From Candidatus Bathyarchaeia archaeon (lineage in GTDB: Archaea > Thermoproteota > Bathyarchaeia > Bathyarchaeales > Bathycorpusculaceae): a stretch of 64,000 bases of DNA. The translations under genes were made by a program, and so were the position numbers. The stretch is from positions 1-64,000 of the forward strand of contig JAVZLH010000001.1 in assembly GCA_038883855.1 (NCBI GenBank). The letters are read 5' to 3'. Shown here in pieces: positions 49,863 through 59,524 of this stretch (positions are counted from its first letter, which is position 1; each line of letters starts with the position of its first letter). The notes below the pieces were generated by a model. It saw nothing but the letters and a program-made list of their open reading frames with translations, was not told the DNA's origin and did no database searches.

Positions 49863-50438
49863 TTAGAAGCTACTTGGCTTCGCTATGATTTCCCTTATTT
49901 TTAGGTCGAAGAATCTGGCGGCGTTTGCTGGGCGTATTCGTAGTGCGGTGTCCGCACCTTTGCTAGTTCCAGCGATGGCGACGATATCCTTATCAATGGG
50001 AATTAGTCCAGCGTCTGCAGCCATCAGCGTAATTTCTACACAAACTTTAGTTCCTTGACCCATAAGCCTGAGCACGCTTGCAATTAGTTCTAATGGTTGA
50101 ATTGTGCCGAAATCTTTGCGTACAGCTCTTTCCGCACTGCTCAATGCGTGAGTGCCTGTGAAGATTTTTGCGCCGTTTTCAAGAATTTGTTTTTTGTAGT
50201 TCTCCTGTAACTCGTTTTTTCCAGGTTCTTTAAATCCGCAGTGATGAGTAACGATCACGACGTTTTTACCCTTAAAAATGTTTGACGCTTTGGCTCCTGT
50301 TTCACCTGTTGTTGATGCAACAACAATGTCTGTTATATTTTCTTTATCCACGTATTCTTTAGCAAATTTTAGAAGGTTGTCTGTGTTTTGTTCGCCGGCT
50401 TCTTTGAAGTAAACTGTTTTTTTCTCCACGAAGCTCAT
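49863..50438 (-). CDS. Conserved archaeal protein with pyruvate-kinase C-terminal-like fold
   Basis: YFKEAGEQNT, VVASTTGETG, GQGTKVCVEI..MAADAG and GADTA motifs. Confidence 0.8.
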   Translation of the reverse strand: MSFVEKKTVYFKEAGEQNTDNLLKFAKEYVDKENITDIVVASTTGETGAKASNIFKGKNVVIVTHHCGFKEPGKNELQENYKKQILENGAKIFTGTHALSSAERAVRKDFGTIQPLELIASVLRLMGQGTKVCVEITLMAADAGLIPIDKDIVAIAGTSKGADTALRIRPANAARFFDLKIREIIAKPSSF

Positions 50439-50461
50439 TCGTGTTTCCTCATTTCAAAATC

Positions 50462-50998
50462 CTAAGTTTCTACGTTCTTAATTTGCTTTCCCCTTACTGG
50501 TTTCCGTTTTAGTTCGGTTCCGCATATTCTGCATTTTGTAGAATTGTAGTCTGCTGGGTATCTCTTGCGGCACGCTGGGCAATATCGCAACCATTGCAAG
50601 CGTCTTCGTATGCCTAATGTGGCAAGGGAAGCAAATTCTATCCCCATTTGGTTTGCAACATTCTGTATGGAGTAATCGTCCGTAATTATTAGTGGGTGAT
50701 AATTCATTGACTTCAGTTCAGAAGCTAAAGCCAAAAGTTGCATGTCTGTTTCTGAAAGAAAAAAAGCATCTCCCAAAGAGGTTGCAGAAGCCATAACTTT
50801 GTTCAAAAAAGCTTCTGCTGGCTTCCTAACTTTTAATCTTCCATTTTCAACCGCGGTTTTGAATCTAACCCACGGCATGGAGCTTTCCGCTATCTCCTCC
50901 TTAACGTTTGGAACAGTAAATTGTTCTTCGTTTATTGAAAAGGGGTCGTAGCCAACCAGAAAAGCGGAAGTATCCAAAATTATGGCTTTTTTTTGAAT
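50462..50998 (-). CDS. nob1: Nob1-like PIN-domain rRNA endonuclease with zinc ribbon; start extended
   Basis: AIILDTSAF, LSETD, TDDYSIQNVA and CPAC...CRICG motifs. Confidence 0.85.
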   Translation of the reverse strand: MQKKAIILDTSAFLVGYDPFSINEEQFTVPNVKEEIAESSMPWVRFKTAVENGRLKVRKPAEAFLNKVMASATSLGDAFFLSETDMQLLALASELKSMNYHPLIITDDYSIQNVANQMGIEFASLATLGIRRRLQWLRYCPACRKRYPADYNSTKCRICGTELKRKPVRGKQIKNVET

Positions 50999-51001
50999 TT
51001 T

Positions 51002-51856
51002 TTATCCCATTCCCTTAAATAATAATCTATTCCGCAGTCTATCATAAAAGTTTTCTTTAAACCTTATGAAGCTTGTTTCATATTTTGAACGCGTAACAGC
51101 TACGCTTGGTCGTTTGGATGCTACTAATTGGCTATATTGCCCATCAATTAAAACACGGATTTTTTGGGGTCTCTTAACCTCGATTTTTATCGTGTAGTTT
51201 GAAGGGAACACTATTGACCTAAAAATGGTTAAAGCGCAGATTGGGGTCAAAACAAAAGCGTTCATTTCCGGGTCTAAAACCGGTCCCCCTGCAGCCAACG
51301 AATAACCTGTAGACCCTGTTTGTGTGGACACCATTAGCCCGTCTGTTTGGCATCGTAGTATTGGTTGCCCGTTTTTTAAAATTTCCGTGTAGAGTATTTT
51401 TGCCTGTTCTTCTGCTGATATTACAACCTCGTTTAGGGCGTCTGGAAAACGTGTTCCATCTGCTGTAACAGAAAGTTTCTCACACTTTTCAACTTTGAAC
51501 TCACCCTTTAAGCATTTATCAACTGCACTTAGGGCATCTTTCGGATCAACCTCTGTTAGAAAACCTCTGATACCCATGTTAATTGCCAGTAGAGGCGGCT
51601 CTGGCTTCGGAATTGAAACACATGTTCTTAAAATAGTTCCATCTCCGCCTACAGTTATTATGAAGTCGGTTTTCATTTCGTTTAAGGGCACAATTTTTCC
51701 ACCGCTTACTTTCCCCGATAATGTCTCTTCCATATAAACATCCAAACCTTTCTCTTTCAAGTAGTTGACTAGGTCTTGCGCGAGTTTGATGGCTTTTTTC
51801 TTGTCGTATCGGGCTACCAAGCCGACGCTTTTAAACAATTTTTTCACCGTTCTCAA
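51002..51856 (-). CDS. nadK: NAD kinase
   Basis: GGDGT, LNE and TGSTGYSLAAGG motifs. Confidence 0.93.
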   Translation of the reverse strand: MRTVKKLFKSVGLVARYDKKKAIKLAQDLVNYLKEKGLDVYMEETLSGKVSGGKIVPLNEMKTDFIITVGGDGTILRTCVSIPKPEPPLLAINMGIRGFLTEVDPKDALSAVDKCLKGEFKVEKCEKLSVTADGTRFPDALNEVVISAEEQAKILYTEILKNGQPILRCQTDGLMVSTQTGSTGYSLAAGGPVLDPEMNAFVLTPICALTIFRSIVFPSNYTIKIEVKRPQKIRVLIDGQYSQLVASKRPSVAVTRSKYETSFIRFKENFYDRLRNRLLFKGMG

Positions 51857-51932
51857 CTATTTAGCGATAGCTTAATCTATATATGAGTGTTGTTTAAAAT
51901 TGCTGGTTAAGAATACTTAGGTTGGTGCGGGC

Positions 51933-52325
51933 GTGAGCAAACCTGTTGATGTCGGAAGTTTACGTGTTGGAGGCTACATGATAGTTGATAACGAACCGTG
52001 CCGAATAGTCGACATTACAAAATCCAAGCCTGGAAAACATGGCTCAGCCAAAGCTAGAATAGTAGCCATAGGCGTTTTCGACGGCGTCAAAAGAAGCATA
52101 GTCAAACCAGTAGACTCTAACGTTGAAGTTCCAATAATTGACAAAAGAAGTGGACAGATTTTCGCGGTTACGCCTTCCGGTGTTCAAATAATGGATTTAG
52201 AAACCTATGAATACTTGGATGCGCCTTATCCAGAAGAGGAGGATTTAAAGGCGAAGCTTACTCCAGGCGTTGAAGTCGAGTATTGGCGAATAATGGGAAG
52301 AGTAAAAATAGTTAGAACAAAATAA
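51933..52325 (+). CDS. eif5a: Translation factor aIF5A
   Basis: SKPGKHGSAK hypusine motif. Confidence 0.96.
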   Translation: MSKPVDVGSLRVGGYMIVDNEPCRIVDITKSKPGKHGSAKARIVAIGVFDGVKRSIVKPVDSNVEVPIIDKRSGQIFAVTPSGVQIMDLETYEYLDAPYPEEEDLKAKLTPGVEVEYWRIMGRVKIVRTK

Positions 52326-52351
52326 TTTAAGACTAGTTTAGGTTTCCTAAG

Positions 52352-52561
52352 TTAACTCCACCAGTCCCAGTTGAGCTTCTTAAAACTTACATAAAGGACC
52401 AGCAGAATTATTCCCCAACTCAGCGCTAAGCCCGCAATCTCCAAAATCAAAGTTTCGCTTAGATAAGTGTAGCTTGCCCACGTGCTTATTGCGCATAAAC
52501 CGACCAGTAAAAGGAGAAAAACTGCGAAGTGGATTGCCCGTTCTGTTCCCATTTTAACCAA
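52352..52561 (-). CDS. Small two-TM membrane protein
   Basis: 69 aa with two hydrophobic segments. Confidence 0.55.
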   Translation of the reverse strand: MVKMGTERAIHFAVFLLLLVGLCAISTWASYTYLSETLILEIAGLALSWGIILLVLYVSFKKLNWDWWS

Positions 52562-52638
52562 CCGCTTTCATAAGAGTTTATTTTGTGTTAAATAATTTTT
52601 CATCAAAACTTATCTCGCAGCTTTTTCTAATATGTTTT

Positions 52639-52699
52639 GAAGCCGATGATGCGAGAAGAGCCGTCCGATTTGTGACGACAGCTAAATGTCTGAGGCTTC
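52639..52699 (+). ncRNA. Box C/D methylation guide sRNA
   Basis: Terminal stem GAAGCC/GGCTTC; C box ATGATGC (52646), D' CCGA (52665), C' GTGACGA (52672), D CTGA (52690); 12- and 11-nt guides; intergenic. Confidence 0.75.
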
Positions 52700-52703
52700 G
52701 CAC

Positions 52704-53147
52704 CTATTCTACTGGTATCTCATATTCATGTTTTCGTGGTAGACGAATTTCCAGAATTCCTTTTTTAAAGCGGACTTCCATTTTATCCATATACACTGGC
52801 ACTGGTATGCGTGTTTGACAGTGGAATGTTTGGAACTCGCCTTTGTAATGAGTTATGCCGAAGTCATCAAACCGTATTTTCCTCTTCATTTCAGCCGTTA
52901 TTTCGAGGGTGTCCTTGCTTATTGGCTTAACCTGTATAGTGTTTTCTTCAGTGTAAGGTAAATCAACGGTCACTATAACTTCTGTAGGAGTTACCACAAC
53001 ATTGCGCAAAGGTTCCATTGTGCAAGTTCGGCAGTTCCAACTTGGTCTCTCAATTAATGCTTCGCTTAGGCGCTCGGCATACTCTTCTAGGCTTTCAAAG
53101 TACTCATCTATTATGTCAAAGATTGTCCGCCTCTTTCTTGTTGACAT
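52704..53147 (-). CDS. Small heat shock protein (Hsp20/alpha-crystallin)
   Basis: VIVTVDLP...FKKGILEIRLPR; C-terminal IPVE (IxI motif). Confidence 0.85.
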   Translation of the reverse strand: MSTRKRRTIFDIIDEYFESLEEYAERLSEALIERPSWNCRTCTMEPLRNVVVTPTEVIVTVDLPYTEENTIQVKPISKDTLEITAEMKRKIRFDDFGITHYKGEFQTFHCQTRIPVPVYMDKMEVRFKKGILEIRLPRKHEYEIPVE

Positions 53148-53158
53148 TTTTCTCCCTC

Positions 53159-53908
53159 CTAAGACACGTACAATGGTATGTCGTATTCCTGTGTCTTCTT
53201 CATCCTCGTTAGCTCTTGCTGGGTCCTCTTCATTATATCTCTTGCCCTTAATCGAATTTCTTCGCCCTTCTCTAGAAGTTTAGAAGTATCCACTTTTATC
53301 CCGATGATGCTCGATAACGCCTTTAGTACTTCCGCGGCGGCTTCAGGGTCGGGATAGTTAAAGAAGCATTGAGCCAATAAAGTTATAGCGGGCAATCCAA
53401 GGTTGGCGCAGCGTTGCAGCATAATTGCTTGCGGTCCAACCATGTAGCCTTCCACTAAAATTTCTATACCCTTCTCTTGAACCATTTTTAGCATTTCTGA
53501 GTTTGAGGCTGCGGCAAAAACTTTTGGTTTTTCAATGTCTTGTCTTTCTTGAATTGGGATGCCGCTTAAGGAAATCATCATTTTAACACCCTTCTCTTTT
53601 CCCCAATTAATTAACGTGTTCATTATTGGGTAAATTGTGTCTGCAGAAATGGCGATTTCCGAAACTGCCAAGAGAAGCCCGTGATTTCCGAAAATTCTTA
53701 TTGGCGAGTGTGGCAGCCCTTCATGCAAGACGATCAGCGGAGGAAGCAGTTTAGAATCTATGTATGCCGCCTCCTCCAGATTTTTCAGTTCTGATATCAA
53801 ATGCGAAGCCGCTATAACGCCCACCAAACCAACATCTGGGAAGCCAAAAAGCATTATGGCGCCTGGCGCTATTTCCTTTTTCTCTACAATCTTAACTTCT
53901 CCACTCAA
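53159..53908 (-). CDS. PAC2-family proteasome assembly chaperone
   Basis: GFPDVGLVGVIAA and PDPEAAA motifs. Confidence 0.88.
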   Translation of the reverse strand: MSGEVKIVEKKEIAPGAIMLFGFPDVGLVGVIAASHLISELKNLEEAAYIDSKLLPPLIVLHEGLPHSPIRIFGNHGLLLAVSEIAISADTIYPIMNTLINWGKEKGVKMMISLSGIPIQERQDIEKPKVFAAASNSEMLKMVQEKGIEILVEGYMVGPQAIMLQRCANLGLPAITLLAQCFFNYPDPEAAAEVLKALSSIIGIKVDTSKLLEKGEEIRLRARDIMKRTQQELTRMKKTQEYDIPLYVS

Positions 53909-54026
53909 ATTTAACCCTCAATACTTCTAGGCTTATGAGATGTAAAAATCTTTTGCAAGCCTTTAGGGGCTGAAGAGGACGGGATACCTATTTAAAGACG
54001 TGAATAGTTTTAAATTTGGAGAAACC

Positions 54027-55361
54027 ATGGCTTTGGAACATTTAGGCTCATCCCTTTACGAAGCTATAAAGAAAATATTCAGAGCCTCAGTTGTGGACGA
54101 GGCTGCAGTTAAAGAACTCATCCGCGACATACAAAGGGCTCTCCTCCAAGCGGATGTTAACGTGCAACTTGTCTTTGACATATCAAAGCGCATAGAGGAA
54201 AAGGCGTTAAAGGAGAAAGTTCCTCCAGGAATTTCGAGGCGTGAGCATGTAATAAAAGTTGTTTATGAAGAGCTGACCCGCTTCCTCGGAGACAAGCCTG
54301 TTCCATTAAAAGTCGAGCCAGGGGCAAGAAAAGTGATAATGCTTGTCGGCATTCAAGGCTCTGGAAAGACAACAGCCGCCGCCAAACTTGCAAGATACTT
54401 CCAGAAAAGAGGGTTAAAGCCCGCCTTGATCTGCGCCGACACATACCGCCCAGGCGCCTATGCGCAACTTCAGCAGTTGGCAACGAGAATAAATGTGCCA
54501 GTATATGGCGAGTTAAACGCGAAGGACCCTGTGAAAACAGCCCTCAATGGTCTTAAACACTTCAGTAATAGAGATTTAATAATCATTGATACTGCTGGGC
54601 GTCACAAGGAGGAACAAGAACTAATTAAAGAGATGAAAATGCTTGAGAAAAGCATTAAGCCAGATGAAGTAATGCTTGTCATTGATGGGACAATAGGCCA
54701 ACAAGCAATGGTTCAAGCAAAGGCCTTCAACGAAGCCACCCCAATAGGGTCTATTCTCGTAACAAAACTGGATGGGTCGGCAAGAGGCGGAGGAGCCTTA
54801 TCCGCTGTTGCGGCGACAGGCGCACCAATAAAGTTTGTTGGCACGGGCGAAAAAATAGAGGATATAGAACCTTTTATTCCATCACGCTTTGTTGGTCGAC
54901 TGCTGGGGATGGGCGACCTTGAAACGTTGCTTGAGAAAGTTCGCGAAGCAGAAGTGAAAGTTCCAGAGAAAAAGGCTAAGGCTATCCTAAGCGGTAAGTT
55001 CACGCTAACAGACATGTATGAACAGTTCGAAGCCATGAAGGGAATGGGTGCATTAAAGAAGCTTTTGAAAATGATGCCGGGTATGTCATACAACGTGCCA
55101 GAGGAAATGTTAGATACGGCTGAAGACCGCTTGGAAAAGTGGCGTGTGATGATTCAATCTATGACGACAGAAGAGAGAGAAAACCCCAAGATTTTCAACG
55201 CATCGAGAATTAGGCGTGTTGCCAGGGGTTCGGGAACAAGCGAAAAAGAAGTGAAGGAGCTTCTGAAGCAGTATGTGCTAATGCGGAGAATGATGAAGAC
55301 GCTGCGGAGGAAAAAGAAACTGCCCTTCTTAGGAAAAGGGTTACAATTAGATTTTAAGTAG
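54027..55361 (+). CDS. srp54: Signal recognition particle protein SRP54
   Basis: GIQGSGKTT, DTAGRH and TKLDG motifs; M domain with RVARGSG. Confidence 0.97.
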   Translation: MALEHLGSSLYEAIKKIFRASVVDEAAVKELIRDIQRALLQADVNVQLVFDISKRIEEKALKEKVPPGISRREHVIKVVYEELTRFLGDKPVPLKVEPGARKVIMLVGIQGSGKTTAAAKLARYFQKRGLKPALICADTYRPGAYAQLQQLATRINVPVYGELNAKDPVKTALNGLKHFSNRDLIIIDTAGRHKEEQELIKEMKMLEKSIKPDEVMLVIDGTIGQQAMVQAKAFNEATPIGSILVTKLDGSARGGGALSAVAATGAPIKFVGTGEKIEDIEPFIPSRFVGRLLGMGDLETLLEKVREAEVKVPEKKAKAILSGKFTLTDMYEQFEAMKGMGALKKLLKMMPGMSYNVPEEMLDTAEDRLEKWRVMIQSMTTEERENPKIFNASRIRRVARGSGTSEKEVKELLKQYVLMRRMMKTLRRKKKLPFLGKGLQLDFK

Positions 55362-55368
55362 CCCTCCA

Positions 55369-56724
55369 GTGAAGATGGGAAAGGTTCCAATGGAAATCTT
55401 GGCGAAAGCGTTGGAAATGCTTGAAAAATACCCTTTATGCGACCATTGTCTTGGACGGCAATTTGCAATGCTAGGCCATAACATGGAAAACAGCGAGAGA
55501 GGCGAATCAATAAAATTAGCCTTAGTGCTTAAAGCTCATGCGCTAGCCTTATCAAAAGACAAACAAGGCATAAAAGAACTTAAAATTCTTGCAACAAACG
55601 GTTTCTCCAAAATAGCAAAAGAGATTCTTCTCAAAATGAAGAAACCTATTTCAGACAAAGCAACTCCTGAAAAATGTTTTTTGTGCGCGAACAAGTTTGA
55701 AGCCATCGATAATTTGGTTCAAAAAGCCATAGAAAAGCTTGAGGGATATGAATTTAGAAATTTTCTTGTTGGCATAGAGCTTCCCGTAGTGGTCGCGGAA
55801 CGCGAAGACGAGTTTAAGGCAGAGTTTGAGGTGAACTATGGTGAAAGTATAAAAAACGAGTTTGGAAGGGTCATAGGGCGAAAAATCGCGGAAAAAACAG
55901 GCAAAGAAGTTGAATTTAAAAAACCGGATATGGTAGTGCTGATAAACCCCTTCACAGAGGAAGTTCGGCTCCAAGTAAACCCCCTATACATTGGGGGGCG
56001 ATATAAGAAACTTGCAAGAGGAATTCCTCAATCCAAGTGGTTCTGTCAGAACTGCCGCGGAAAAGGCTGTGAGAAATGTAACTGGACGGGAAAGATGTAT
56101 CCAGAATCAGTAGAGGAATTGATTGCAAAACCCTTATTGGATCTAACGGGCAGCGTCAAAAGCGCTTTCCACGCTTCTGGAAGGGAGGATATTGATGCCA
56201 GAATGCTTGGCGAAGGACGCCCTTTTGTAATCGAGTTGACAAAACCGCGAAAAAGGTTTCTCGACCTTAAGGAAGTTGAAGAAAAGATTAACGCTCACGC
56301 CAAAGGCAAAGTCGAGGTTTCGAATCTTCATTTTACAGACAAAGATGTTGTCAGAAAGTTAAAGAAAGCGGAGTCAGCGCAGAAGGAATATCGTGTCTTG
56401 ATAGAATTTGAAAAAGAAATTAAAGCAAGTGATATGCGCTTGTTGGAGGAAAAATTAACAGGGTTAACCGTGAAACAACGCACCCCCCTGCGAGTTTTAC
56501 ATAGGCGAGCTGACATGACACGAGAAAAGCACATATATGAGGTAAAGGTAAAGATGTTGTCGCCAAAAAGGGCTGAGATGAAAATACGATGTCAAGGGGG
56601 GCTTTACGTTAAAGAATTGGTTACAGGTGATAAAGGAAGAACAACCCCCAGTGTTTCAGAAATCCTCGGTGTCCAAGCGAAGTCTCTAAAACTTGATGTT
56701 TTAAACGTTATTATGGAGGATTAG
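55369..56724 (+). CDS. pus10: tRNA pseudouridine(54/55) synthase Pus10
   Basis: LCDHCLGR, GREDIDARML, QRTP and GGLYVKEL motifs. Confidence 0.93.
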   Translation: MKMGKVPMEILAKALEMLEKYPLCDHCLGRQFAMLGHNMENSERGESIKLALVLKAHALALSKDKQGIKELKILATNGFSKIAKEILLKMKKPISDKATPEKCFLCANKFEAIDNLVQKAIEKLEGYEFRNFLVGIELPVVVAEREDEFKAEFEVNYGESIKNEFGRVIGRKIAEKTGKEVEFKKPDMVVLINPFTEEVRLQVNPLYIGGRYKKLARGIPQSKWFCQNCRGKGCEKCNWTGKMYPESVEELIAKPLLDLTGSVKSAFHASGREDIDARMLGEGRPFVIELTKPRKRFLDLKEVEEKINAHAKGKVEVSNLHFTDKDVVRKLKKAESAQKEYRVLIEFEKEIKASDMRLLEEKLTGLTVKQRTPLRVLHRRADMTREKHIYEVKVKMLSPKRAEMKIRCQGGLYVKELVTGDKGRTTPSVSEILGVQAKSLKLDVLNVIMED

Positions 56725-56737
56725 AGAGGTAAGGAAA

Positions 56738-57031
56738 ATGAGGAAGTCAAAAGGGTACCGCGCTGGAACACGCCGTCTCCTCAAAAAGAAGCCTCGAGAA
56801 CGGGGAAAAATCAAACTAAGTAAACTCCTCTACGAATACCAACCCGGAACGCGAGTGGTTATTAAAATAGACCCTAGCGTGCATAAGGGGATGCCTCACA
56901 GACGTTATCATGGAAAGGTGGCCACGGTAATCGACAAAAGAGGACGAAGTTATGTTTTAAGTGTCACTCAAGGAGACGCAAATAAAGAAATTGTTGTCAG
57001 ACCCGAACACTTAGAGCCATATGAAGGATGA
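56738..57031 (+). CDS. rpl21e: 50S ribosomal protein L21e
   Basis: SKGYRAGTR, GMPHRRYHGK and RPEHL motifs. Confidence 0.96.
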   Translation: MRKSKGYRAGTRRLLKKKPRERGKIKLSKLLYEYQPGTRVVIKIDPSVHKGMPHRRYHGKVATVIDKRGRSYVLSVTQGDANKEIVVRPEHLEPYEG

Positions 57032-57375
57032 TTAAAATGGCGAAGAAGGCTGTGTCAGAAAAAAATCTTACCCTTCCCGAGGTTAAAAAGATACTTGAAT
57101 CCATAGGTGAAGAAAACCTAGACCAGTTCCAGCGGCGAACTTACGACTATGTTTCTAAATTTTCAAAAGTGGAGGCTGAAGACGCCGTAAAACTTGTTGA
57201 AACTCTCGTAAGCGAATTTGGCTTAGAGGAGGATGAGGCGGTTCAAATAGTTAATTGCATGCCGAAAAGCGTTGAAGAATTAAGGGTTTTTCTTGCTGGC
57301 GGCCGCAAAATTATTGAAACTTCTAAATTGGAGGCTATGGTTAAACTTTTGAATGAACATCGAAAATTGAAATAG
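57028..57375 (+). CDS. rpo4: RNA polymerase subunit Rpo4 (F)
   Basis: LTLPEVKKIL...YVSKFSK...IVNCMP; conserved position after rpl21e. Confidence 0.9.
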   Translation: MIKMAKKAVSEKNLTLPEVKKILESIGEENLDQFQRRTYDYVSKFSKVEAEDAVKLVETLVSEFGLEEDEAVQIVNCMPKSVEELRVFLAGGRKIIETSKLEAMVKLLNEHRKLK

Positions 57376-57435
57376 GCAAAGTTGCTATTATTTTTAAACA
57401 ATAACTGAGATAAGTAAAGGATAATAAAGGCGAAT

Positions 57436-58011
57436 ATGGCTATGACTGAAAAGCGGTACGAAGAGTATGCGTACGTCCTAGACTTTCTGCCTCATGGGCG
57501 CCCTGGAGTGCGCCCTTCGGGTAGGGCTGGTTATCGAGCTGGTGCCCTTGTCCAGTTGGTCGGTGAGGATTTCTTCACTCTTTTGGAGGCGTTAGCCAAA
57601 GAGGGAGTAACGTTAAAACCGCATGACCGCGTTTATGTTGGGAAGGAAGCGCGAGAGGAAATAACCTACATTATAGGGCGGATAGGTTATGAGGAGTTAA
57701 CCGCAGCGGCGAAGATGGAGCTTCCGGCCGTTATTAGCCGGATAGTGTTGAACCGTGAAAAGTGGTTTATAGATTTCTTCAATAATGCAAGGGCGATTAC
57801 GCCGCGGATGCACGCTTTGGAGCTTATTCCTGGAATAGGGAAAAAGTACATGTGGCAAGTTATAAATGAGCGGGAGAAAAAGCCTTTTGAAAGCTTTGAA
57901 GATTTGCAAAAACGCACGGAACTGCCTAACCCAGTTAAGTTGATTACTAAGCGAATTTTGGAGGAGTTAGCTGGCGAAAGCAAATACCGCTTGTTTACAC
58001 GTGCTCAGTAG
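57436..58011 (+). CDS. DUF655-family putative RNA-binding protein
   Basis: EEYAYVLDFL, FTLLE and RMHALELIPGIGKK motifs. Confidence 0.9.
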   Translation: MAMTEKRYEEYAYVLDFLPHGRPGVRPSGRAGYRAGALVQLVGEDFFTLLEALAKEGVTLKPHDRVYVGKEAREEITYIIGRIGYEELTAAAKMELPAVISRIVLNREKWFIDFFNNARAITPRMHALELIPGIGKKYMWQVINEREKKPFESFEDLQKRTELPNPVKLITKRILEELAGESKYRLFTRAQ

Positions 58012-58031
58012 TGCTTTTCCAGTGAAGCTTT

Positions 58032-58829
58032 ATGAGTCTTTTAGAAGCTACGAAGTTTTTACTTCGAAAACATCGATTTCTTCCGAAGAAGCGTTTGGGA
58101 CAGAACTTCATGGTCGATGCCGCAACTATTGAGCGTATGTGCACCTATGCCTCCCTTTGTAAAGACGATGTGGTTTTAGATGTTGGTGCTGGCTTAGGCT
58201 TTTTGGCGCGTGCCTTGGCGAAAAAGTGTAAAAGTGTTTTGGCTGTTGAACTTGACAAAAAGCTTGTATGGATCTTACGTGAACAGACTAGCGATGTGCC
58301 AAACATTAAAGTAATCGGAGGGGACGTGTTAAAGGTTCACATTCCTGAATTTAACAAAGCGGTTTCTATTCCGCCTTATGGAATTTCTTCTCGCCTACTT
58401 TTGTGGCTTTTTGAGAGAAATTTCGATTGTGCAGTTCTAGTTCTTCAAAAGGAATTTGCAAACCGCCTCATAGCTGATGTTGGAAGCGATGACTATGGGT
58501 GGCTTACAGTCTTCACGTATTACCATGCGAATGTTGAACTTTTGGATGAGGTTCCAAAATGGATGTTTTACCCCCCTCCCAAAGTTGACTCCATCATCGT
58601 CAGATTAAAACCGCGAAAACCGCCTCCATTCAAGCTGAAAAACGAGGAGCTTTTTAGGCATTTGGTACGGTTGCTTTTTACTCAGCGGAACAGGAAGGTT
58701 AAAAATGTCTTTAAATTAATGGCAGAAGAAACGGTTAGACCCGCTGTGGTTCTTCCATTTCGTGATAGACGTGTCAGAGAGTTAGCCCCAGAAGATTTTG
58801 GAGCGCTGGCAAATGCCCTTTCAAGTTAA
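58032..58829 (+). CDS. rsmA: 16S rRNA dimethyladenosine transferase KsgA/Dim1
   Basis: KRLGQNF, DVGAGLG, QKEFA and FYPPPKVDS motifs. Confidence 0.92.
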   Translation: MSLLEATKFLLRKHRFLPKKRLGQNFMVDAATIERMCTYASLCKDDVVLDVGAGLGFLARALAKKCKSVLAVELDKKLVWILREQTSDVPNIKVIGGDVLKVHIPEFNKAVSIPPYGISSRLLLWLFERNFDCAVLVLQKEFANRLIADVGSDDYGWLTVFTYYHANVELLDEVPKWMFYPPPKVDSIIVRLKPRKPPPFKLKNEELFRHLVRLLFTQRNRKVKNVFKLMAEETVRPAVVLPFRDRRVRELAPEDFGALANALSS

Positions 58830-59430
58830 AAAAGTGTTTTTCGCGGACTACGTCTTTCACGTTTGGGAAAATGTTTACGAACCAGCGGAAGACTCCTTCC
58901 TTTTTGCGGAAAACCTAACTATAAAAGAGGGTGAGAAGGTTTTGGACATAGGTACGGGCTGTGGCATACTTGGCATAATTGCAGCGGAAAAAGCCTCCGA
59001 AGTTGTGGCTGTGGACATAAACCCGTACGCTGTAAAATGTGCAATGGAAAATGCCAAACTAAACAATGTTGCGGACAAGATTTCCTTCATACAAGGCGAC
59101 TTATTCATGCCTTTAAGGCAAGGGACAAAGTTTGATGTTATCCTTTTCAATGCCCCCTATCTTCCTTCTACACGCGAAGAGGAAAATTCTTGGATTGCTC
59201 GCGCTTGGGCTGGTGGAAGTGGTGGCAGAGATCTCATAGACCGCTTTATTCATGAAGCACCAAAGTTTCTTGAGCGAAACGGGCGGATATTGCTGTTGCA
59301 ATCCACTTTGTCTGATGTAAGTAAGACGTTAACGGGTTTTTCGCAGCATGGTCTTAAAACAAGTGTTTTAGCGAAGCGTAATTTGCCTTTCTTTGAGACC
59401 ATCTTGCTTGTTAAAGCGGAGCTTAAATGA
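58813..59430 (+). CDS. HemK2/Mtq2-like methyltransferase
   Basis: VYEPAEDSFL, LDIGTGCG, FNAPY and WAGG motifs. Confidence 0.88.
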   Translation: MPFQVKKVFFADYVFHVWENVYEPAEDSFLFAENLTIKEGEKVLDIGTGCGILGIIAAEKASEVVAVDINPYAVKCAMENAKLNNVADKISFIQGDLFMPLRQGTKFDVILFNAPYLPSTREEENSWIARAWAGGSGGRDLIDRFIHEAPKFLERNGRILLLQSTLSDVSKTLTGFSQHGLKTSVLAKRNLPFFETILLVKAELK

Positions 59431-59524
59431 TACTATATGTGAAGTATAGCGCATGAGTTTTTCATCAAAAAATATATAACGTAAACGTTAGAATTGCTAG
59501 AAAACAGTTTGAGGTGCTTGTACG

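Noticed and set aside
52585-52818. 77-aa plus-strand ORF
   Set aside because: Overlaps the C/D sRNA and runs antisense to hsp20; no protein-like features
58360-58385. KsgA motif IV reads IPPY rather than NxPY
   Set aside because: Single substitution with all other motifs intact; cannot infer loss of function by eye
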